Virus record (IMG/VR): IMGVR_UViG_3300032234_001062
Location: 13,060 to 77,059 of that record
Source of the DNA: a virus
Lineage: Duplodnaviria > Caudoviricetes
Length of the DNA stretch: 64,000 nt
Direction: 5' to 3' (one strand)
Shown: one piece after another, positions 40,902 to 51,383 of the stretch
Position numbering within the stretch: position 1 is the first letter of the stretch
Layout: every line of letters begins with the position of its first letter
Notes under the pieces: generated by a model
Seen by the model: only the letters and a program-made list of their open reading frames with translations
Database searches by the model: none
What the model was told of the DNA's origin: nothing
Translations under genes and position numbers: made by a program

Positions 40902-43900
40902 AAAAACTTACTCTGAATTATCATCTAAATTTTATTTAGTTACATCTGATTTAAGTGGTATTCTTGCTGTAAATAAAATTTGGAATTTATTATATTATAG
41001 CGTTAATATAGTTAGAGAAAATTCAGCATTATCTTTTCCACCCGTTAATTTTTGTACTAAAATTGATGTAATAAATCAAAATACTTTAAGATTATTTCAA
41101 CAATACATTTCAAATAAAATTAATGTTGGAGTTGGAGTAAATATAAAATTCAATGATATTTTTAATTCTCAATTAATTATTAATCTTCCAACACCCGAAA
41201 AAATTGCATTATTAGTCACTATTCCTGATGATGAACAAAATAAATTTATTTATAGACAATATATTAGTTCAATAGAAAGTGCATTAAATGATTTTTTAAA
41301 TAGTGACCAAGAATTATTTTTAATTAATAATAAAAATTCATTAGAAGCACTTTGGGGATCGTTGATAGTAGGATTAGAAACTTATAGAAAATATTTTCAA
41401 CCTTTTGATATTGTAAGTACAATAATTGATTATAATAATGTACAAAATATTTTAAGAGAAACAATAGATGAACAAAAAAATTCTGGTTTTTCACCGAATC
41501 AAGCTCTTAGCCAATCTATTACATTAGCAAGTAGAATAAATGTTGAAAGTCCTGTTGCTTATAATAATTCTGAGTCATGGAAAACATTATTTAATAACGT
41601 TCATACATTAGTTTTAAATGCAATAATTACGAATAAAAGAACTTTTATGATTAGAAATAGTATTTCATCTAGTCTTGATAATGTTTTAAGTTCAGAAAGA
41701 AATATTTTTACATCTAAAGAAAATAGTGCTACAAATTATTCTTTTGAAGCTTCTGAACATAGTTCAATTAATAAACAAATTAAGTTAGATAATAGTAATA
41801 TATCTACTAGTAATTGGCAAAATAATTATGTAACATACTATAATTCACGAAATGCTTTTACTAGAAGTAAAATAGCATCTATATCTACGAATAATAGTAA
41901 TAAAATATTAACTTTAGATCCTTATAATGGAATATCAGAAAACATTAAAACATTTACATTTCCAACTATTGGTCAAGGAATAATTAATGAAACTGATTTT
42001 CCAGCAACTGGAGTTAATTTAACTAGAAATAGTAATAATAGCGATGTAAATTTATTTTCTCTTACTATTACATCTGGAAGCGCAATAATTAAAACAGCTG
42101 ATTTTAAATTAAAAGATAATCTTTTTGAAAATAATTATTTAAAAATAGAAACATTAAAAAATAATTTTTCTTTAAAATATATAAATTTATCAAGAATTAA
42201 AACTTTTGAAACAACTTTTCCTGCTAATGGAATTACTTTTAATAAGGTAGATAATAATAACATTATTTTATTTAATTCTAAACTAGAATACGTTAATTCT
42301 CAAAAAAATCCAACTATTAATCAAAATTACATTTTATCATCAAATATTTTTAATACAAATTTATTTTCAAAAAGTTTTTCAATAATTAATTCAGAATTTA
42401 ATAACACTGCTTTTGAAGTGCCTTTTCAATCATTTTATATCAATAAAAACAATATAGATCTTTTTACATTAAAAATAAATTATAAAAATTCTAATAATAG
42501 TTCAAATTATTTATTTAAATTAGATGACACTATTTTTAATACTAATAGATTTTTACCTCAAAGCGTTAATTCTCCTAATTCAAAAATTTATTGGCAACCT
42601 TATTATGATGATATTAGTTTTAATAATGGAATAGGAATTTATCAAGGTACTTCTCAAAATATATCATTAACTGTTGATCAATCTGGAGAGATGTTAATTG
42701 ATAAATCTTCTACTTGTTCTGGTAATGTTGGCTTTTCTAATATTTTTTATTTAAAAAATAATGAAAAAAACTTAGATATTAATTTCGATTTTGATTATTA
42801 TATTTCAAGTAGTGGAGATGTTTTATCTCAAGATGAAATTTCTTTTAAAATCATATCATTAGTTTCAGAAGATATTAACGATGTAGAATCAGTTTATTCT
42901 TATTCATTACCTTCTAATCAATTACAATTAGACACTCAATATTCAGCTCATTTTACTTTTAAAGCTAAAAATTACACTAGTTATAGAATTTTAATTAATT
43001 TTAATAAAAAAGATAATAAAAATTTAAAAATTAAATTTAAAAATTTTTATGTTGGAATAACATCTTTAAATTCAACCACTTTACCTTATACTAACATAGA
43101 TGATTTTTTAAATGATTATAATTTATATAATTATAATACAATAACATCATCACAATTTTATTTAAATAAAAAAAATATAAACATTTTATCTTTTTATACT
43201 GAATTATTAAATAATAATTTAATAGAATCTATTGAATTTATAAATGTTAACAATAACTTAAATTGGTTTAATAATAATTCTTCAATACTTAATAATACTA
43301 TTAATAATCCTTTAATATCAGTTACAAAAAGTAACAATCCAAATTTAAATTTTACTATTTTAAAAAAATTAAGTAATGTCTTAGGTGGAAAAATATATGC
43401 TGATTTTTTTATTAAACCTAATCAAATTAATTTAACTTTAAATGTTAAATTCAAATATCAAATTTTTAATAGTAGTTTTTCAACATCTGATTTAACTTTT
43501 AAAATAGTAAAAAGTTCAAATAATACATTAATAAAAAGTTTTTCAATTGATATAAATAATACTACAGTAAATAATATATATTCAGCTAGTTTTGATTTTA
43601 TTCCAAATGAATCAACTAGTTATCTTTTTTTAATTCAAATAAATGATCAACAATCAGTAGATATTAATATTAAATTAAGTGAAATTTATATAGGAACTGA
43701 AGATTTTTCTGAAACAACTAGAACTTATAAAACAGTTAAAAGTTTTTTAGAAGATTATAATTTATATAATAGAAATAATAACAATTTATTTACATTAAGT
43801 AATGTAAATGATACTAAGATTGGTTTTTATTCTAATGTTTTTGAAAATATAAACGTTAAAAACTTTTCTTTTATAAATATAAATTCTAATTTAGAATGGT

Positions 43901-46900
43901 TAGTAGGACAAACATCTTTAACTAGTTTTTCTGTTAATCCAAAAATATCTTTTGATTATGATAATCAATTATTAGGTTTTAATTTTAATAAAAATAATTC
44001 TAATTTACAAAATTCTTATATTTATAATGATTTCATAATTAATCAAAACGATACTGGAAAAACATTAAATTTTAGTTTTACTTACAATATAAAATCAAAT
44101 ACTTTTAAAATAGAAGATATTCAAATTGAAATATATGCATTAAATAATGGAATAGAAGCATTAACAGCAATAAAAACTTGGCAATTATTAGAAAATCTTA
44201 ATAGAGATAATAATTTTTCTGGAAACTTTAGTACAACAACAACTAGATATTATAGATTAAAAATAAAAGTTAATTCTAATTCTAGTGATTTTTTAAATAT
44301 TCAATTTAAAAATTTTTATATTGGAATAACTACATTTTTACAAAATAGCATTACATATACTAATCCTTTAAATTTAATTAATCATTTATATTTAGATTCA
44401 AATTTTATTAATAATAATTTTTTAGTTTTTTCTTTTTCTGGAAGTTCACCATATAAAATAAAATTTACATCTGAACCATTTTATTTAGGAAGTAAAATAA
44501 CTTATACTTTTACTAATGTTAACAATGATTTAAAATTTTTATTTGGAAGTTCTATTTCTAATAGTTATTCTGGTGTAGATCCTGTTACTTATATTGATAG
44601 TGGATATGAAAAAAAATATTATGATTCTTTTATTACTCTTTTAAAAAGAATTTTTTCAATTTTAAATTCATATGCTTTTGCAAGATTATTTGTTCCAGAA
44701 GCATTTAATGAAGACGAGGATTTTTTTAATACTGGAGTAAATATTCCATTTTCAGTCAAAAGATATTTTCGAGATTTATTAGATGAAACTATTTCTAACC
44801 TTACTTTTGAAGAAATTATAAAAAAAGATCCTAGAAGTAATTTTTTACAAAAACCTCCTGATAAAGATTTTACTAAAGAAGTGACTTGGAGACAAGGTAT
44901 ACCAAGTGATGTTTTTAATCTTAAAGAATTGGCTAAATTTAAAAATACTTTAAGTAAAATTAAAACACAGTTAAATAAAGTAAAATCAATATTAGAGGCT
45001 ATCAAATCTTTTATATCAATATTAGATCAATTAATTGAATTAGGAGAAGATATTTTAGGAACTTTATTAGATCAAATAATAAAACAATTAACTAAAATAG
45101 TTGATAACATCGCTAGTACTGGTTTTTATTGGTTACCAGTAATAGAATATTATGCTTTAAATTTTGTAAGTTCAAGAGAATCTAATTTAGGAGGACTTAG
45201 ATTTTTTGATAAATATATTCAAGATACTATGAGATCACCATATCAAGAAGATGAAAGCGCAGAAATAAATAATGGTTTTTTACAAGACGTTTTTAATTTA
45301 TCTGTTTCTAATTCTCAAATGGTATTAGATGATTTAAATGTAGAATTATCACAGAATAGATCAAAAATAAGTGCAGATTTAATAGAAAATAACCTTTTCT
45401 TTCTTCCTTTTAGAAGTACTACTTATGAAGAGTTTATGCAAGTTATCATTGATGGATTATCTGATCCTTATGATTTACCTGAATTAGGATTATCATTAAA
45501 TATACAAAAAAAGAATCCAAAAGATCCAAATGATAAAACTAAAACAAAGCAAACTAATAGATCAGAAATAAGTATTAATAGAAGAACATTTAGACCTGGT
45601 GCTCCTAAATGGGGAGTAGGAAGTCAAAGTTCAGTAGTAGTAATTGCAATAAATCTTCCAGCATTTGAAGATTTAACAAGTGGAATTACTGGTTTTGCTC
45701 AAGGACTTTTAAATATTTTAAAGCCTATAGAAAAATTAACTAGATTTACTCTTAAAATAAACAAAGAAAAGAGTTGGAAAGAAAGAAATCAAAATTTAGA
45801 AAACGATAGAATTGCAAATAATACAAAAATTGAAAAGAATGTAAACGATTTTTTAACCAATTTTTGGAATGTTAAAGTTGATAAAAATGGTACTACTTAT
45901 GAACAAAAATGGGAAAAACATAAAAAAGAATATGAAGAATTTAAAACCAATAAAATACCGAGAATTAAATATTTAAAAACTTTATTAGATGATAAATATT
46001 TTCAATCCTCTAGACCACCATATCAAACTGAATATAATAATTTAATTGAAGTTTATAAAAATTTTCAAGATGCTCAAACAAAATTTAATGAAGATTTTAA
46101 AAAAACAAATGCAGAAGTTGAGAGATTGAATCTAGATATAATACAACAACAATCTTATTATGAAGGTTATATTACTAAAATTATTAATTTTTTGGAAGGT
46201 TATTTATACATAAAAGAAGTAACAAAAAAATTTAATGATAGAGATGAAATTAATAGTGATGATGATGATACAATAACTGAGTTAGGTGATTTTAAAGAAA
46301 GACTTGTTACTCAATATGAAAGTTGGTGGGATAGTTTAATAGTTGATGATGCTTTAAATGAAAGAGGTGGATTTTTTTCTGGATATCGTAGTAAGTATCC
46401 TGATTTTTATGGAATTACAGTTGGTTCTGTATTTCCATTTATTTTTTCTGCAGCAAAAGGTTTATTACAAAATTTAAAGAAATTTAATGAAAATGAAAGT
46501 ACTTTTTCCTTATCAGATGAATTTGAATTATTAATTGCTCCAATAGAAGATTATATTGAAGATATAGAAGGGTTTATTTATGCTATTGATTCTATTATAG
46601 ATTTTATAGATGCTCTTACTAAAATAAATATTTCATATCTAACAATAAAAACTGGTAATGGTGTTGCTGATATTATTAATCAATTACAAAATGCAACTGG
46701 ATTTCCAAATGAAGATAAACGACAAATAATTTTGGGCGGATTATTAGGTGCTGGATATGTAGATCCAGACAGCGGTGAATTCGACTTATCTGGATATTAT
46801 AATGAAGCAGCAAAAGAATTTCAAGAGGACGCTAAGGACCTCTTTAATGATTTGAAATTAAGTAATGAAGAAAAAGGAATTGATTTCCTTAATAAACTTT

Positions 46901-46917
46901 TTGGATCAGGTAGTTAA
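40879..46917 (+). CDS. Very large Asn-rich protein with three ~210-aa internal repeats, probable virion protein
   Basis: 2012-aa ORF. Repeats end in I.F(K/S)(N/E)(F/I)Y(V/I)G; helical C-terminal third. Confidence 0.75.
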   Translation: MTPQEISRKTYSELSSKFYLVTSDLSGILAVNKIWNLLYYSVNIVRENSALSFPPVNFCTKIDVINQNTLRLFQQYISNKINVGVGVNIKFNDIFNSQLIINLPTPEKIALLVTIPDDEQNKFIYRQYISSIESALNDFLNSDQELFLINNKNSLEALWGSLIVGLETYRKYFQPFDIVSTIIDYNNVQNILRETIDEQKNSGFSPNQALSQSITLASRINVESPVAYNNSESWKTLFNNVHTLVLNAIITNKRTFMIRNSISSSLDNVLSSERNIFTSKENSATNYSFEASEHSSINKQIKLDNSNISTSNWQNNYVTYYNSRNAFTRSKIASISTNNSNKILTLDPYNGISENIKTFTFPTIGQGIINETDFPATGVNLTRNSNNSDVNLFSLTITSGSAIIKTADFKLKDNLFENNYLKIETLKNNFSLKYINLSRIKTFETTFPANGITFNKVDNNNIILFNSKLEYVNSQKNPTINQNYILSSNIFNTNLFSKSFSIINSEFNNTAFEVPFQSFYINKNNIDLFTLKINYKNSNNSSNYLFKLDDTIFNTNRFLPQSVNSPNSKIYWQPYYDDISFNNGIGIYQGTSQNISLTVDQSGEMLIDKSSTCSGNVGFSNIFYLKNNEKNLDINFDFDYYISSSGDVLSQDEISFKIISLVSEDINDVESVYSYSLPSNQLQLDTQYSAHFTFKAKNYTSYRILINFNKKDNKNLKIKFKNFYVGITSLNSTTLPYTNIDDFLNDYNLYNYNTITSSQFYLNKKNINILSFYTELLNNNLIESIEFINVNNNLNWFNNNSSILNNTINNPLISVTKSNNPNLNFTILKKLSNVLGGKIYADFFIKPNQINLTLNVKFKYQIFNSSFSTSDLTFKIVKSSNNTLIKSFSIDINNTTVNNIYSASFDFIPNESTSYLFLIQINDQQSVDINIKLSEIYIGTEDFSETTRTYKTVKSFLEDYNLYNRNNNNLFTLSNVNDTKIGFYSNVFENINVKNFSFININSNLEWLVGQTSLTSFSVNPKISFDYDNQLLGFNFNKNNSNLQNSYIYNDFIINQNDTGKTLNFSFTYNIKSNTFKIEDIQIEIYALNNGIEALTAIKTWQLLENLNRDNNFSGNFSTTTTRYYRLKIKVNSNSSDFLNIQFKNFYIGITTFLQNSITYTNPLNLINHLYLDSNFINNNFLVFSFSGSSPYKIKFTSEPFYLGSKITYTFTNVNNDLKFLFGSSISNSYSGVDPVTYIDSGYEKKYYDSFITLLKRIFSILNSYAFARLFVPEAFNEDEDFFNTGVNIPFSVKRYFRDLLDETISNLTFEEIIKKDPRSNFLQKPPDKDFTKEVTWRQGIPSDVFNLKELAKFKNTLSKIKTQLNKVKSILEAIKSFISILDQLIELGEDILGTLLDQIIKQLTKIVDNIASTGFYWLPVIEYYALNFVSSRESNLGGLRFFDKYIQDTMRSPYQEDESAEINNGFLQDVFNLSVSNSQMVLDDLNVELSQNRSKISADLIENNLFFLPFRSTTYEEFMQVIIDGLSDPYDLPELGLSLNIQKKNPKDPNDKTKTKQTNRSEISINRRTFRPGAPKWGVGSQSSVVVIAINLPAFEDLTSGITGFAQGLLNILKPIEKLTRFTLKINKEKSWKERNQNLENDRIANNTKIEKNVNDFLTNFWNVKVDKNGTTYEQKWEKHKKEYEEFKTNKIPRIKYLKTLLDDKYFQSSRPPYQTEYNNLIEVYKNFQDAQTKFNEDFKKTNAEVERLNLDIIQQQSYYEGYITKIINFLEGYLYIKEVTKKFNDRDEINSDDDDTITELGDFKERLVTQYESWWDSLIVDDALNERGGFFSGYRSKYPDFYGITVGSVFPFIFSAAKGLLQNLKKFNENESTFSLSDEFELLIAPIEDYIEDIEGFIYAIDSIIDFIDALTKINISYLTIKTGNGVADIINQLQNATGFPNEDKRQIILGGLLGAGYVDPDSGEFDLSGYYNEAAKEFQEDAKDLFNDLKLSNEEKGIDFLNKLFGSGS

Positions 46918-47180
46918 GGATTATATTCTTCAATAGAAATTACAGAATCGAATCTAAATGATCTCCATTGAGTTTTTCCATCTTCACATAATTCAACAAC
47001 TTTAAGAATATCTGGATTATTAATGATCCCAGTTCCTTTAGGTGTTAAGTGAAAATCATCTATTAAATCTGTATTTCGAGTGAAATTCATGATTCTCTCA
47101 GTTCCATCACTTTTAATAAATTTCACTTGAAAGTTTTTACTTTTATCTTCAATAAATTCTAAAATTTGATCTTTTGTCAT
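46914..47180 (-). CDS. SH3-like beta-barrel protein (DUF2693/WYL_2-like)
   Basis: 88 aa. VKFIKSDGTERIM...WRSFRFDSV is the family signature; AGGAG RBS. Confidence 0.75.
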   Translation of the reverse strand: MTKDQILEFIEDKSKNFQVKFIKSDGTERIMNFTRNTDLIDDFHLTPKGTGIINNPDILKVVELCEDGKTQWRSFRFDSVISIEEYNP

Positions 47181-47222
47181 ATTTAATTTCTCCTATTAAT
47201 TTATAATATACTAAAATTAAAT

Positions 47223-47234
47223 AGATGTATAAAC
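47223..47234 (-). promoter_or_regulatory. GTTTATACATCT element (candidate early/middle promoter -35 region)
   Basis: Identical 12-mer at 48591-48602 on the plus strand; both lie about 40 nt upstream of a start codon. Confidence 0.45.
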
Positions 47235-48542
47235 CTAAATATTAAATTTATCTAAGTATTTTTGAGCCTTTCTACTCTTTAAAATTTTCTTTTCTCCTAA
47301 TGGAAAACGAGAGTTTAAAACTTTTGTTGCGTAATTAAAACTAGCTGAATAACTTTTTGCGATAGTTGGTTCTAATTCTGGAATAGCTTTTTTAAGCGCA
47401 AAACAAAAATTATATGCTAATTTATAACTCTTTTTAAAAACATTAATAAATCTTTGATCTAATTCAATATTTCTAATTTTAAAAAATTTAATATAATCAA
47501 TCAGAGTTTGAAAATGATCAACTTTTGAAGTATCATAATTGTTATAATCAAATAATTTATCTTCGTGTTCAATCCATCTTTTTTTTAAGAAATATTTACT
47601 ATATTTTACAAACATTGATTGAAAATGTTGTTTTTGATTTAAAACGAATTCTTCTAATTGAGAAATTAGTTTTTGACTCATTAAATTTCTGATCGTTTGA
47701 AAAAAATCTAATTTATTCCAAATATCATATTGATCATATTTAATATTTAATATTTTTTCAATTAAAATATCTATTTTTCTATTATATGTAACTAAATATT
47801 TACCAATGAGATGTAAACAAAAAACATTACTAATATTAGTATCAATTAATTTTTTTTCAAATTCTGACCAATAATTTTTAATTGTGTTAAAACAATATAA
47901 TGTACATAATTCTAATTCATGAATTTTTATTTCATTATTTTCAACTAATCCATTTAATAATTTTTTTTCTAATTCATTAGATCTAGGTTTATTAAACATC
48001 ATATAATATGAGACTAATCCATGTAAATCATTTTTTTTAATTAAAAAATCCTCAATTTCTTTATCATCAATTTTTATTATATGAATATAATCAAATAAAT
48101 AACTTTTATTTTTATCAAATAAAGTTTCATAATATTCCTTAAAATCTTTTTTGATTTTTTGATGTATTTCTAATCTTTTTTCAAGACTTTCATCTTTGTG
48201 TTTTTTTGCTAATTGAATTAAAAAAGAAACTGAGTATTTAGATTCTGGTATGATAATTTTTTTAATATATTGAAGTGAATATTCTTCAAGATTATCTATT
48301 ATTCTTTTTATTATATCATCAAAAATATAATTTAAATTTCTGGAAAGTTGATCGTCTATATTTTTAATATTAGGAAGTTCTGTAATATAATTATTATATT
48401 CTTCTATAATTTCATCTGGTTTTTTATTTTTATTGAATTTAACATCAGAAAGTGATATATAATCAATTTCTATTTTTTTTAATTCATCTTGCATAGATTG
48501 AAATGAATTAAAATTTAAATGTAATTTTTTAATATACTTCAT
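47235..48542 (-). CDS. Hypothetical helical-repeat protein
   Basis: 435 aa. Repeated Y....(I/L)K.RW.E.E..(I/L) type units. Confidence 0.7.
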   Translation of the reverse strand: MKYIKKLHLNFNSFQSMQDELKKIEIDYISLSDVKFNKNKKPDEIIEEYNNYITELPNIKNIDDQLSRNLNYIFDDIIKRIIDNLEEYSLQYIKKIIIPESKYSVSFLIQLAKKHKDESLEKRLEIHQKIKKDFKEYYETLFDKNKSYLFDYIHIIKIDDKEIEDFLIKKNDLHGLVSYYMMFNKPRSNELEKKLLNGLVENNEIKIHELELCTLYCFNTIKNYWSEFEKKLIDTNISNVFCLHLIGKYLVTYNRKIDILIEKILNIKYDQYDIWNKLDFFQTIRNLMSQKLISQLEEFVLNQKQHFQSMFVKYSKYFLKKRWIEHEDKLFDYNNYDTSKVDHFQTLIDYIKFFKIRNIELDQRFINVFKKSYKLAYNFCFALKKAIPELEPTIAKSYSASFNYATKVLNSRFPLGEKKILKSRKAQKYLDKFNI

Positions 48543-48556
48543 ATAATTTATTTTTA
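48543..48556 (-). promoter_or_regulatory. TAAAAATA-A-ATTAT element abutting the ATG
   Basis: Minus strand TAAAAATAAATTAT then ATG(48542). Confidence 0.45.
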
Positions 48557-48590
48557 TGAGTATCTAATTATATAATTTAAAATATTTTAT

Positions 48591-48602
48591 GTTTATACAT
48601 CT
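48591..48602 (+). promoter_or_regulatory. GTTTATACATCT element upstream of the ligase gene
   Basis: TATACA-N17-TAATAT spacing, then AGGAG RBS; twin of 47223-47234. Confidence 0.45.
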
Positions 48603-48643
48603 TTTCGATATTTAATTAATATATATAATAGGAGAAAGAAAAT

Positions 48644-50479
48644 ATGACTGAGCAAGAAATAATAGAACAATTAGTCGCTGCTAAAGATTCTTATTATAAT
48701 GGCGAACCTTTTATGACTGATTCTGATTTTGACTTTTTAGAAAATAAATTAAGAATTTTAAATCCTAAAAGTAAGTATTTTAATATGGTTGGGATTTCTT
48801 CTCCACATTCCAAAAAAGTTCAACACTATTATCGAATGAGATCTTTACAAAAAGCAAATAGTGAAAATGATTTTAGATTGTGGTATCAAAGAAATAAAAT
48901 AACTCTAAATACTAATTTAACAGTAATGCATAAAATTGATGGACTTTCTGGAAGTGCTAAATATGAAAATGGTAAAATCGTTTATTTAGCAACGAGAGGA
49001 GATGGATTAGAAGGGCAAGACGTTTCGCATCTTATTCCTTATATTAATATTCCTTCTGAAATACCAGAAAAAAGTACATTATATATAAGAGGAGAATTTG
49101 TAATTAAAAAAGACTCTCATCTTACAACTATTTATCCAAATTCACCTCTTAGAAATTTAGCCAGTGGTATTATTAATCGTAAAGATATGTTAAATGAGGC
49201 TAAATATCTTTCTTTTATTACTTATGGTCTAGAAGGAGAAATTTTTGAATCTGGATTTGAAACTGAAAAATTAAAGACTCTAAAAGATTTTGGATTTGAT
49301 TCTTTAAATACAGTTCTTTGTAATGATTATAGTGAACTTAAAAAATATTTAGAAGATGCTATTAATTGGAGAGAAGAAGTTGAATATGAAATTGATGGAA
49401 TTGTAATAATAATTAATAATATTTCTATTCAAAGATCTTTAGAAGATGATAATGAGCATCATCCACAATGGAGTATAGCATGGAAATTTCCATCTCAGGG
49501 TGCTTGGACAACTTTAAAAAATATCGAATGGAATACTTCTAGACATGGTCGTTTAGTTCCAGTAGGTATTTTTGATCCAGTCAATATTGGAGGTGCTCAA
49601 ATAACTCGTGCTACACTTAATAATTATAAGCAAATAGTTGATTTACAATTAAGTATTGGTGATTCTATATTTGTAGAAAGAGCAAACGATGTAATTCCAA
49701 AAATTACTGATTGTAAGAAAATAGTTGAATATATTCCATTACAAAATGTTAGATGTTCTTGTGGATCTTTTTCTGATCTAAAATTAGATGGAGTACATAT
49801 TTATTGTAAAAATCCTAATTGTAGTGAAAGAATAATTGAACAAATTTTATTCTGGGTACAAAAAATTGGAATTGAGTTTTTCTCTCGTGCTACAATTAGA
49901 ACTTTACATGAAAAAGGAATTTTAAATTCAATAGAAGATTTATATAAATTAAATTATAATTCTCTTATTGGAATTCATGGTTTAGGAGATAAGAAAATTT
50001 ATAATATTCTTAATGAAATTAAAAGAACATCTCATATGTCTCAATTAGATTTTTTGAGTTCACTTGGAATTCCAATGGTTGGAAAGAAAGTGTTTCAAAA
50101 ATTAGGGATTTTTACAGTTAATGATTTTATAAATTGGAAAAATTTTGAATATGTAACTGGTGAAAAAATAATTGAATGGAAAAGTGATACAGCTAATTTA
50201 GAATTATTTAATTCATTAGTAAAGTGTATTAATTTTACGGAGGAAGAAAAAATGAATTCAGCTAATAAAATTGGAGTTTGCGCAACTGGTAAAGGACCAT
50301 TCACTAGAAATGAATTAATTAAAAAAATCAATGAATCTCAGAATTACTTTTGGGTTGATTCTATTAATGATTCAGTAAAAGTTCTTTTATGTGATGATCC
50401 CAATGATAATTCTAGTAAATTAATTAAAGCAAAAAAGAAAGGAATTCAATTAGTGAAATATAGTGAATTTGATTTTTAA
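48644..50479 (+). CDS. ligA: NAD-dependent DNA ligase
   Basis: 611 aa. KIDGLS (KxDG), TRGDG..G.DV, RGE, DG.V, AWKF, RATL.N, RANDVIP, Cys4 zinc finger, HhH repeats and C-terminal BRCT. Confidence 0.95.
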   Translation: MTEQEIIEQLVAAKDSYYNGEPFMTDSDFDFLENKLRILNPKSKYFNMVGISSPHSKKVQHYYRMRSLQKANSENDFRLWYQRNKITLNTNLTVMHKIDGLSGSAKYENGKIVYLATRGDGLEGQDVSHLIPYINIPSEIPEKSTLYIRGEFVIKKDSHLTTIYPNSPLRNLASGIINRKDMLNEAKYLSFITYGLEGEIFESGFETEKLKTLKDFGFDSLNTVLCNDYSELKKYLEDAINWREEVEYEIDGIVIIINNISIQRSLEDDNEHHPQWSIAWKFPSQGAWTTLKNIEWNTSRHGRLVPVGIFDPVNIGGAQITRATLNNYKQIVDLQLSIGDSIFVERANDVIPKITDCKKIVEYIPLQNVRCSCGSFSDLKLDGVHIYCKNPNCSERIIEQILFWVQKIGIEFFSRATIRTLHEKGILNSIEDLYKLNYNSLIGIHGLGDKKIYNILNEIKRTSHMSQLDFLSSLGIPMVGKKVFQKLGIFTVNDFINWKNFEYVTGEKIIEWKSDTANLELFNSLVKCINFTEEEKMNSANKIGVCATGKGPFTRNELIKKINESQNYFWVDSINDSVKVLLCDDPNDNSSKLIKAKKKGIQLVKYSEFDF

Positions 50480-50490
50480 AAAAAATCCAT

Positions 50491-50517
50491 ATAAAGGTAA
50501 TTAAAAATTACCTTTAT
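50491..50517. terminator. Perfect 12-bp hairpin, probable bidirectional intrinsic terminator
   Basis: ATAAAGGTAATT-AAA-AATTACCTTTAT, located between convergent transcription units just after the ligase stop. Confidence 0.7.
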
Positions 50518-50800
50518 TACTTTATTAAGAAGTGTAACATGTAATTTTTTTTAGTTTTTCTATTATTCTTATTGTTTTTGCTTTTTCATCATCAGCTAAT
50601 TCTATTTTAGATTCATTAATTACTTCTTCTATTATATCTGAGTGAGTTTGAAAACATTCTACCCAATTATAATATAACTCTTTTTCTTTATATATATGAT
50701 TACGCTAATTTATTAAAAGAAAAATTACCTCCTCACTTAGAAGAGATAATTAAAAATGGAAATAATCCTACAATTTATTCTCAATATTTAAAAATTAAAT

Positions 50801-51214
50801 TTATAAAATAAAAGAAAATACAAAATCTTCTTCATCTACAAATGTTGAAATTGGAAACTGATTATTTTCACCATCAATTTCAATATCATGATCGCACATG
50901 ATTAATATATCTCCCCAATCTTCTTTAGAACTTCTTAAATCATCTAAAAATTGTTCTAAATCTTTTAAAGTTAGTATTTTTTCATCTTCATGACTTTCTA
51001 AAAATAAAACATTCTCAGTTAAATTAATTCTAGTTACATCAAATTGTAACTCAGTATCTTTTTTAATTTGTATAGAATATTCTAATTTTATTTCTTTCCA
51101 ATTATCATAAGTTTCTCGACAAAAATTTATCATGTTTTGTAGATCACAACATCTCATTAAATCTGAATCACTAATCAATTCATTTAAAAAAGCATTTAAA
51201 AAATCATCATCCAT
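50801..51214 (-). CDS. Hypothetical acidic protein
   Basis: 137-aa ORF with AAGG upstream. Confidence 0.7.
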   Translation of the reverse strand: MDDDFLNAFLNELISDSDLMRCCDLQNMINFCRETYDNWKEIKLEYSIQIKKDTELQFDVTRINLTENVLFLESHEDEKILTLKDLEQFLDDLRSSKEDWGDILIMCDHDIEIDGENNQFPISTFVDEEDFVFSFIL

Positions 51215-51383
51215 ACAAACCTTCTTTTATATATATTTATGATACAATTAATTTATTGTATCTAAAAACAATTATAAAAAGATTTTTTATGTTTTGAAGT
51301 TTAGTCAAAAGTTGATTATTATTAATTTTTATGATTAGACATCTTTTAATAATTTTTATAATATATAATATAAATATATTTAT

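Noticed and set aside
13361-46917. Bacterial contractile injection system (eCIS/T6SS) interpretation of the baseplate, hub and spike genes
   Set aside because: Portal, terminase, ligase and exonuclease in the same contiguous region indicate a DNA-packaging phage.
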